Source: Pseudomonadota bacterium (lineage in GTDB: Bacteria; Pseudomonadota; Gammaproteobacteria; Steroidobacterales; JBCAXP01). Taken from it: DNA of 42,500 bases. Where the stretch lies: positions 1 through 42,500 of the forward strand of contig JBCAXP010000002.1 in NCBI GenBank assembly GCA_038533995.1. Reading direction: 5' to 3'. The notes below the pieces were generated by a model. That model was not told the DNA's origin. It did not search any database and was given only the letters and a program-made list of their open reading frames with translations. Shown here piece after piece: positions 1 to 6,825 of the stretch. The stretch's first letter is position 1. Each line of letters begins with the position of its first letter. The position numbers and the translations under genes are program-made.

Positions 1-14
1 GCACCGTCCCGGAG

Positions 15-1337
15 TTAAGACACTGAGGGTTGCACGGTTTCGCTATCCAAGGCAAGTTCCCGCACCCGGTCCACCGGGAAAATGCAGGTAAACGCAGTAC
101 CAACGCCCACCTGGCTGTCGACGAGCAGTTCGCCGTCGTGCCGGTTAAGGGTGTGCTTCACGATGGCAAGACCCAGCCCCGTTCCGCCCGACGCGCGCGA
201 ACGGGCCGAGTCGGCGCGGTAGAAGCGCTCCGTCAGCCGCGGCAGGTGCCGCGCTGCGATGCCCTTGCCGGAGTCGCGCACGATCAGGCGAGCGCCGTTC
301 TCATCACGCTGCCAGTCGATGTCTATACGAGTGCGCGGGTCTGTATGCTTTACCGCGTTAAACACGAGATTGGACACGGCGCTTCGAATTTCCTGCTGGT
401 CGCCGAGAAGCGCGGGACCGCGCGCAAAGTTGAGATAAATATCGTGCAGGTCGTCTCCGCTCACAGCGGCGGCCTCGTCCACGATGGCGGACACCAACTC
501 GTGCAGGTCGATCACGGTCTCGTCTGCGCTTTGCTCTTTCTCGGACTCCAGGCGAGACAGCACCGTCAGGTCGCGGATAAGCGCCTCCATGCGGTCGGCC
601 TGCTGCTTCATAAGAGCAACGTGATGCGCCCAGTCGGCATCATGGCCCAGTACGTCACCCAGCGGCTCCAGGTAACCGCCAATCACAGTAAGCGGTGTTC
701 TAAGCTCGTGGGACACGTTCGCAACGAAGTCGCGGCGGACGGCGTCGAGGTTGTAGACGCGGGTGACATCGCGAGCAACGAAGAGCCGGCCGCCGCTATC
801 ACCAAAGGGAAACAGGCGAACTGACAGCAGCCGAGACTTGTCTGCCGGCGCGGATATCTCCACGGCGCTGTCCTGTTTGTCACCGTCAAGATACTCCGCG
901 AGCAGCGGGTGCCGGATGACGTCACGCAGGCGGCGCCCAGCACAGCTGTTTTCGTCACAGCCCACCATCGCTTCGGCGGCGGAGTTGCACCAGCGAATTG
1001 CGAGGTTCTCGTCCAGGAGCATTAGCGGCTCGGGAAACACGGTGCTAACCGCGCTAACGCTGTCCTTGTACTGCTGGAGGCTCGACGCGGCGTCTTCTGC
1101 CTGATCGGTTGCCCTGAAAACACGTTCGCCGAGGAACTGCCAGAAGCCCGCAGCGCCGGGCATCCGACGCTTGGGGTCGCGCATGCCTCTTACGAGCCGT
1201 GCAGCCTGCCTGCCGTGCCACGCGACGAGGAGCAACAGCCCGATAGCAACGCCGGCAGCCACGTCACTGGCATACGCACCTGGGATGGCACCTGCTGCCA
1301 TCGCGAGTACCACCCTGAACAGTTCTGCTTGAAACAC
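15..1337 (-). CDS. phoR: Phosphate regulon sensor histidine kinase PhoR. Start is uncertain: GTG at 1337 or ATG at 1301.
   Basis: The translation has an H-box (FVANVSHELRTPLT), N-box (NLVFNAVKHT), G-boxes (DSGKGI, GGTGLGLAIVK), a PAS-like segment and two N-terminal hydrophobic helices. It lies 5 nt downstream of the pstB stop. The ORF-track extension to 1631 overlaps pstB and was trimmed. Confidence 0.85.
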   Translation of the reverse strand: MFQAELFRVVLAMAAGAIPGAYASDVAAGVAIGLLLLVAWHGRQAARLVRGMRDPKRRMPGAAGFWQFLGERVFRATDQAEDAASSLQQYKDSVSAVSTVFPEPLMLLDENLAIRWCNSAAEAMVGCDENSCAGRRLRDVIRHPLLAEYLDGDKQDSAVEISAPADKSRLLSVRLFPFGDSGGRLFVARDVTRVYNLDAVRRDFVANVSHELRTPLTVIGGYLEPLGDVLGHDADWAHHVALMKQQADRMEALIRDLTVLSRLESEKEQSADETVIDLHELVSAIVDEAAAVSGDDLHDIYLNFARGPALLGDQQEIRSAVSNLVFNAVKHTDPRTRIDIDWQRDENGARLIVRDSGKGIAARHLPRLTERFYRADSARSRASGGTGLGLAIVKHTLNRHDGELLVDSQVGVGTAFTCIFPVDRVRELALDSETVQPSVS

Positions 1338-1342
1338 TGGTG

Positions 1343-2119
1343 CTATCCGTAGCGGCCTTCGATGTAGTCGGCGGTTTCTTTCTGCTCGGGCGTAACGAAC
1401 ATTGACTGGGTTTGCTGGTGTTCCATCACTTTGCCCAACAGCATGAAAATGCATTCTTCGCTGGCACGGCGCGCCTGCGCCATGTTGTGCGTGACGATCA
1501 GAATGGTGTAGTCGCCGCGGAGTTCCCAGATGAGTTCCTCCACGGCTTCGGTGCCCTTTGGGTCCAGCGCGGAACACGGCTCGTCCATCAACAGCACGGA
1601 GGGCTTCACCGGCAGCAACCGCGCGATGCACAGCTTTTGCTGTTCTTCCAGGCCAAGGTTGGTGGCCTTGGTGTCCAGCCTGTCCTTCACTTCATCCCAC
1701 AGCAGGACCTTGCGCAGCATCTCTTCCACGAGCGCTTCGCGCTCATCGCGTGTGAGCTGCTTGCCGGTGCCGTGCAGATCGTAGCTGAAGAGCACGTTGT
1801 CACGTACGGACAAGGGCAGCGGGTTTGGCCGCTGGAACACCATGCCGATGTGCTTGCGCACCTGCACCAGTTCCACGTCGGGCGCTAGGATGTTCTGGCC
1901 TAGTACGTCCAGCGTGCCGTCCATGCGCACGTAGCCCAGCCGGTCGTTGATGCGATTGACGGTGCGCAGGAAGGTGGACTTGCCGCAGCCGGACGGACCG
2001 ATGAGCGAGGTGATGATGCCCCGGCGAATGTTCAGCGACACGTTGAACAGCGCCTGGAAGTCGCCGTACCACAGGTTGAGGTTGCGGCTGCAAATCGCGA
2101 GGTCCTGAGCGTCACTCAT
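1343..2119 (-). CDS. pstB: Phosphate ABC transporter ATP-binding protein PstB. Catalytic motifs are canonical, but the ABC signature is degenerate.
   Basis: 258 aa, collinear with E. coli PstB. Walker A GPSGCGKST, Q-loop MVFQRPNP, Walker B LLMDEPCSALDP, H-loop IVTHNM and C-terminal DYIEGRYG are present. The signature reads LGLEEQQKLCIAR instead of LSGGQQQRLCIAR. Its ATG overlaps the upstream stop (ATGA). Confidence 0.9.
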   Translation of the reverse strand: MSDAQDLAICSRNLNLWYGDFQALFNVSLNIRRGIITSLIGPSGCGKSTFLRTVNRINDRLGYVRMDGTLDVLGQNILAPDVELVQVRKHIGMVFQRPNPLPLSVRDNVLFSYDLHGTGKQLTRDEREALVEEMLRKVLLWDEVKDRLDTKATNLGLEEQQKLCIARLLPVKPSVLLMDEPCSALDPKGTEAVEELIWELRGDYTILIVTHNMAQARRASEECIFMLLGKVMEHQQTQSMFVTPEQKETADYIEGRYG

Positions 2120-2895
2120 CCGAAGCGCCCTTCGATGTAGTCACGCGTGCGCTGGTCCCTGACCTCGCCCGTGAACAGTTCCTCCGTCGGCGCCAGTTCC
2201 ACGCAGCGGCCTTCGAGAAAAAACGCGGTGCGATCCGCGAGCCGGCGGGCCTGCTGCACGAGGTTGGTGACGAGCACGATGGTCATCTCCGAGCGCAGCT
2301 CGCGCAGCACATCTTCGATTCGCATCGTCGTGACCGGATCCACTGCAATCGAAAACTCGTCGAGTATGAGCACCTCCGGATCCTGCGACAGGGCCCGCGC
2401 AATCGTCAGGCGCTGTTGCTGGCCACCGGAAAGCAGGCTGCCCAGTGAGTCCAGACGGTCCTTGACTTCATCCCACAGCGCGGCGCGCGTCAGGCAGCGT
2501 TCGACGATTGCGTCCAGTTCCTGCCTGTCGCTGATGCCGCGAAGCCTGGGCGACAGCGCAACGTTGTCGTACACCGTCATTGGCAGGCCGACCGGCAGCG
2601 GAAACACCACGCCGATGCGTCGGCGCAGCGCGTATTCATTTCTCAGCTGGCTGATATCGATGCCGTCGTAGCTCACCGCGCCGCTGACCACCATGCCGGG
2701 GGTAAACGTGTCCATTCGGTTGAGCGCCTTTAGAAACGACGTCTTGCCGGCATTTGCAGGCCCGATGATGCCGAAAATCTCGTGCTCGTGAATCGACAGC
2801 GACACGTCCTTGAGGGCCGCGAAGTCGCCGTAGTGAATCGACAGGTTGTCAACGGCGAACTTCACCGGCCGCCGCGTTGTGGCGGCCACTACCAC
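2116..2895 (-). CDS. Divergent second PstB-like ABC ATPase. Signature is intact; the Q-loop Gln and H-loop His are lost. GTG start at 2895 or 2889.
   Basis: Walker A GPANAGKTS, signature LSGGQQQRLTIARAL, Walker B LILDEFSIAVDP and C-terminal DYIEGRFG are present. The Q-loop position reads VVFPLPVG and the H-loop position reads LVTNLV. The GTG start overlaps the pstA TGG-TAG end. The ORF-track extension to 3237 overlaps pstA and was trimmed. Confidence 0.8.
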   Translation of the reverse strand: MVVAATTRRPVKFAVDNLSIHYGDFAALKDVSLSIHEHEIFGIIGPANAGKTSFLKALNRMDTFTPGMVVSGAVSYDGIDISQLRNEYALRRRIGVVFPLPVGLPMTVYDNVALSPRLRGISDRQELDAIVERCLTRAALWDEVKDRLDSLGSLLSGGQQQRLTIARALSQDPEVLILDEFSIAVDPVTTMRIEDVLRELRSEMTIVLVTNLVQQARRLADRTAFFLEGRCVELAPTEELFTGEVRDQRTRDYIEGRFG

Positions 2896-3758
2896 TTCTT
2901 TTTCCCGCGCAGGTACATGCGCAGCGCGATAGACAGGCTGTTCATCAGCAGCACCAGGGCGATCAGTACGAGCGCGACGCCATACGGCAACGCCTCCGGT
3001 ACGTTCGGTACCTGCGTGGACACCACGAACAGGTGCAGTGACAGTGCCATCGTCTGGTCGAGGACACCCTGCGGCAGGAACGGCAGGAAGAAGGCCGCGC
3101 CGGTGAACATGATGGGCGCGGTTTCGCCGGTCGTTCGGGAAACCTCCAGGATAACGCCGGTCAGGATGCCGGTGACCGCGTTCGGCAGCACAACGCGACG
3201 AATCGTCTGCCAGCGCGTCGCGCCCATGTTCCAGCACGCCTCGCGGAAGGCCATTGGTACCGCCTGCAGTGATTCGCGGGTAGCCACGATGACCACTGGC
3301 AGCGTCATGATCGCGAGCGTCAGGCTGGCCGCCAGGATGCTCGTGCCGAACTCGAAGAAAATCACGAACGCGCCTACCCCGAACAACGCATGCACGATGG
3401 ACGGCACACCAGCAAGGTTGATGATGGCGATGTTGATCAGCCGGGTCAGCCAGTTCTCGGGGGCATACTCACTCAGGTACACCGCGGCCGCGACGCCGAG
3501 CGGTACTGATACGAGCAGAGCAACGCCGACCAGCCACACGGTGCCGACCAGGGCCGGCAAAATACCGCCGGCGGTCATGCCCTGCGTGGGGTTGGTGAAC
3601 AGGAACTCAAACGAGATAACCGGGCCACCCTTGTAAATCAGCATCGCCAGGATGATGGCAACAGGAAGAATCAACAGCCCCGTCATCATCAGGAACAGAA
3701 TGCGGAACAGCTGCTCGACGCGCCGGTTTTTCTCAATGAGTGTGTTGGTCGCAAACAT
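2889..3758 (-). CDS. pstA: Phosphate ABC transporter permease PstA
   Basis: 289 aa polytopic membrane protein with the BPD-transport EAA-like region (REACWNMGATRWQTIRRVVLP). It sits between pstC and pstB. Confidence 0.9.
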   Translation of the reverse strand: MFATNTLIEKNRRVEQLFRILFLMMTGLLILPVAIILAMLIYKGGPVISFEFLFTNPTQGMTAGGILPALVGTVWLVGVALLVSVPLGVAAAVYLSEYAPENWLTRLINIAIINLAGVPSIVHALFGVGAFVIFFEFGTSILAASLTLAIMTLPVVIVATRESLQAVPMAFREACWNMGATRWQTIRRVVLPNAVTGILTGVILEVSRTTGETAPIMFTGAAFFLPFLPQGVLDQTMALSLHLFVVSTQVPNVPEALPYGVALVLIALVLLMNSLSIALRMYLRGKKKW

Positions 3759-3764
3759 CGATGC

Positions 3765-4712
3765 CTATCCCCTGCGGATACCCCGGACGATGAGGTCGGC
3801 GGTCAGGTTGATGATGAAGGTGATCACGAACAGGAAAATGCCGATCGTGAAAAGCGCCTGGTAGTGATCGGAGCCCACAGCCGTTTCGCCGAGCTCCGCC
3901 GCCACGGTCGCGGTCAGGGCGCGCACCGAATCGAATACGCTCGTCGGCACGGTGATAGCGTGGCCGGTGGCCATCAGCACGGCCATCGTTTCGCCGAAGC
4001 CGCGACCTACGCCGAGTAGCACGGCGCCGAGCAGACCGTTCTTCGCCGCCGGCAGCACGACGCGAAAGATAACCTGCCAGCGCGTCGCTCCCATGGCTTC
4101 GGCTGCTTCGCGATAGCGGTCCGGCACGGCCTTCAGCGCGTCCTCCGCAATCGAGGTCATGATTGGCGCGGCCATCAGGCCGAGGATTACGCCGGCGTTC
4201 AGCACGTTCAGCCCGACCGGTACGTCGAACAGCTGAATGATCAGCGGGTTCATGATGGTAAGGCCGATAAAGCCCCACACCACCGACGGGATGGCGGCCA
4301 GCAGTTCCACGAGCACCTTCAGTATCTCGCGGGTCTTGCCTGTCGCGAATTCGGCGATGTAGATGGCGGCGCCGAGCGAGAAGGGAATTGCAACGATCAT
4401 CGCAAGGCCAGTCACGCTGGCGGTGCCGGCGATCAGTGCGAGGATGCCGTAGGTCGGGTTTGACTCGGAGGTTGGTCGCCACGCGGTCGAGCCGAGAAAC
4501 TCGCTGAACTCGAAGGCGCCGGTGAGAAAGCCAAGGCCCTCGCGCATGATGAACACGAAGATGCCGCAGATAAACACGATCGCAGAGATGCCACCGAGAA
4601 AAACCACGCCGGCGACCAGCCGGTCGATCAGCCAGGCGGCATCCCGCCGGTCGAACTCGTTCCTCGCGGCGGGCGCCGCTGCCGCGTGTGCGGCCTCTGC
4701 GTCAGTCGGCAT
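3765..4712 (-). CDS. pstC: Phosphate ABC transporter permease PstC
   Basis: 315 aa polytopic membrane protein with an EAA motif (REAAEAMGATRWQVIFRVVLPAA). Its stop lies 6 nt before the pstA start, and its start overlaps the upstream gene by 11 nt. Confidence 0.9.
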   Translation of the reverse strand: MPTDAEAAHAAAAPAARNEFDRRDAAWLIDRLVAGVVFLGGISAIVFICGIFVFIMREGLGFLTGAFEFSEFLGSTAWRPTSESNPTYGILALIAGTASVTGLAMIVAIPFSLGAAIYIAEFATGKTREILKVLVELLAAIPSVVWGFIGLTIMNPLIIQLFDVPVGLNVLNAGVILGLMAAPIMTSIAEDALKAVPDRYREAAEAMGATRWQVIFRVVLPAAKNGLLGAVLLGVGRGFGETMAVLMATGHAITVPTSVFDSVRALTATVAAELGETAVGSDHYQALFTIGIFLFVITFIINLTADLIVRGIRRG

Positions 4713-5790
4713 CTGGACCGCTCAACAGCTCGATGAGATCGCGAATCTGCACTGCGAGCTCGCGGTAGATTTCCTCCAGCCGCTGTTGTACTTCCGCCGC
4801 GCTGGCGGCCGCGTCCGGTTCAGGTCCGATATCCCATTCCAGCGCCGTCGTGTGAAACGGCAGCTTCTGCACGTGAGAGCGGATCGGTCCGGCCACGCTG
4901 ACAACGACGTGCTGGCGCGTCAGGTCGAAGGACCCGTCGTCAATCGCCCTGGGCAAGCAGTCGCCCACGTCAATGCTGTGCTGGTCGAGAAAGTCCGACA
5001 AGGCTGGATGCACGTCGCCGGCCGGTGACGACCCGGCGCTCGCAAACTCACAGCGGTCGGTGTAGTTCTTCCTGGCGATTGCTTCTGCCATGCGGCTGAC
5101 GAGGCGGTGGCTGCGGTCGACAAAGACGATTTTGTACGTCTTGTCCGGCTTGGTTTCGCCGGTGGCTGCAAAGATCGTTTCTTCGCACAGGTTCTTCGCC
5201 TGGTCCGCTACGCGCTTGAGCATGTTGAACACGACGAACACGGCAATCAACTCGCCGCGGTCCTGCAGGCGTTCGTTGTCGATCAGCGAGTCGTAGACAG
5301 CCTCCAGCTCCCGCTGCAGGTTGCTTGCATTCTGGATCGTGGAGTGGGCGAGTTCGGCGTCCATGGCGTTGAGCGCGTCGATCGCCTGGGACAGCATAAT
5401 GCGCGCCTTGTCGGCCAGTTCCTCGAGCTCGCTTGCCGTTTCGTTGCGCGGCACGTCGCCAAGCTGCATCGATTCACGGCAGATCGTTACAGCGTAGTCA
5501 CCGATTCGCTCGAGCGCGATGTTCGCGCGAATGATGGTCGACACCAGTCGCAGCAGTCCGGCGCTCGGCAGGTGCACGGCGATGAACTGGTGGCACAGGT
5601 CGTCGATGGCGCGGGTCTTGCGGTTGATCGGCCCGTCGCGAAGCACGGTCATGTGGGCCAGCGGTTCGTTGCCGGTGAGCAGCGCGCGCACCGCATCGTC
5701 CAGTGCGTTTTTCACCAGGCCGCCCAGCGACGCGACCCGCCGCTTGATGCGGTCGAGGTCCTGCTGAAGGCGTTGTTCGTAGTGCGTCAT
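4702..5790 (-). CDS. phoU: PhoU-domain protein fused to a C-terminal LMW phosphotyrosine phosphatase/ArsC-like domain that lacks catalytic residues
   Basis: The N-terminal ~215 aa are PhoU-like (HLPSAGLLRLVSTIIRANIALERIGDYAVTI and a second repeat). The C-terminal ~150 aa align by eye with ArsC/LMW-PTP (KIVFVDRSHRLVSRMAEAIARK, FASAGSSP, HVVVSVAG, ALEWDIGPEP). Start ATG 5790 (MTHYEQRLQQDL) was chosen so the gene does not overlap pstS. Confidence 0.8.
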   Translation of the reverse strand: MTHYEQRLQQDLDRIKRRVASLGGLVKNALDDAVRALLTGNEPLAHMTVLRDGPINRKTRAIDDLCHQFIAVHLPSAGLLRLVSTIIRANIALERIGDYAVTICRESMQLGDVPRNETASELEELADKARIMLSQAIDALNAMDAELAHSTIQNASNLQRELEAVYDSLIDNERLQDRGELIAVFVVFNMLKRVADQAKNLCEETIFAATGETKPDKTYKIVFVDRSHRLVSRMAEAIARKNYTDRCEFASAGSSPAGDVHPALSDFLDQHSIDVGDCLPRAIDDGSFDLTRQHVVVSVAGPIRSHVQKLPFHTTALEWDIGPEPDAAASAAEVQQRLEEIYRELAVQIRDLIELLSGPDAD

Positions 5791-5807
5791 GGTCTTGGGC
5801 CAGTTCG

Positions 5808-6692
5808 TCAGCTGGTCGGGCAGGACACAGTGCGTGAGGGCGCGTAGCCCTTGTCGAGAATGATGCACTGGCCAGTGTCGCTCTTGATCCAGTTCAAGTA
5901 CTCGGCCACTTTGCCCGCCGGCTCGCCCGACGTGTACATCAGCAGCGGGCGCGCAATGGCGTAGCTGCCGTCACTGGCGGAATCGACGGAGGGCACCGTG
6001 CACTGCGCACCGTCGTCCGGTGACACGCACACCATCTTGATGTGGGGGGTGGCGTAGGCGAGGCCACTGTAGCCGATGGCGCAGGGAGTTTTCTCGACCA
6101 GATCTACTACGTCTTTCGAGCCGTGCATGTCGCGGGTGCCGAGACGGAACTCGCGCTGTTTGCCGAGCACGGCCTCACGGAAGTACGCGTACGTGCCGCT
6201 GTTGTTCTGGCGGCTCACGATTACGATTTCCTGGTCACGGCAGCCGGGCACTTCGACGCCAAGGTCGGTCCAGGAATTCACACTGCCGTTGTCGCCGTAG
6301 ATCTCGGCGATCTGCGCAACGGTGATCTCGCTGAGCGGGTTGTCCTCGTGCACGTAGACCGCCAGCGCGTCAAAGCCAACCACGTGCTCAATCGGGTCCT
6401 GGCCGTTGTTGCGGGCAAGCTCCAGCTCCTTGTCCTTGAGCCGGCGGCTGCTGTTGGCGATATCCACGGTGCCGTTGATGAGCGCGGCGATGCCTGTGCC
6501 GGAGCCGCCGCCGGTGACCGCGACCACGGCGGTCGAGTCCACCTGCTGGTACGCCTCGGCCCAGGCCTGGGCCACGTTCACAAGTGTGTCCGACCCCTTG
6601 TTCTGAATGTAGTTACGCTGCTCGCCGCCGCAAGCGGCCACGAGCGTGCTCGCGGCAGCGATGCAGCCGACGAGCCAAATTCTTGAAAACAT
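5808..6692 (-). CDS. pstS: Phosphate ABC transporter substrate-binding lipoprotein PstS (PBP-like-2 type)
   Basis: Signal peptide with lipobox LVAAC. Motifs GSDTL, VTGGGSGTGI, SRQNNSGTY and GYSGLAY are typical of short PstS/SphX-type phosphate-binding proteins. Confidence 0.9.
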   Translation of the reverse strand: MFSRIWLVGCIAAASTLVAACGGEQRNYIQNKGSDTLVNVAQAWAEAYQQVDSTAVVAVTGGGSGTGIAALINGTVDIANSSRRLKDKELELARNNGQDPIEHVVGFDALAVYVHEDNPLSEITVAQIAEIYGDNGSVNSWTDLGVEVPGCRDQEIVIVSRQNNSGTYAYFREAVLGKQREFRLGTRDMHGSKDVVDLVEKTPCAIGYSGLAYATPHIKMVCVSPDDGAQCTVPSVDSASDGSYAIARPLLMYTSGEPAGKVAEYLNWIKSDTGQCIILDKGYAPSRTVSCPTS

Positions 6693-6764
6693 ACGGAAAT
6701 TCCCCGGATTTTTGCAGCCTGTGCGCCGATGGGTGCGCGGTGGTATGTAGAACGCCGTTGCGCG

Positions 6765-6799
6765 GAGTGTAGGCGCGAATTGTTACAAATCTGTGACGC
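6765..6799 (-). promoter_or_regulatory. Putative Pho box plus -10 element upstream of pstS
   Basis: The minus strand reads GCGTCACAGATTTGTAAC (6799..6782). This gives two TGTCAC-like half-sites at 11-bp spacing, comparable to the E. coli consensus CTGTCATAWAWCTGTMAY. After an 11-nt spacer comes TACACT (6770..6765), about 70 nt upstream of the pstS ATG. Confidence 0.35.
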
Positions 6800-6825
6800 G
6801 CCGTCGACCCGCACAAACGGGTCGC

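Noticed and set aside
1338-1631. N-terminal extension of phoR overlapping pstB, and the similar extension of the second pstB (2896..3237) overlapping pstA
   Set aside because: The extensions overlap well-supported genes by about 300 nt and encode Arg/His-rich sequence unlike the families concerned. Starts immediately after the upstream stops are available: GTG 1337, and GTG 2895 or 2889.
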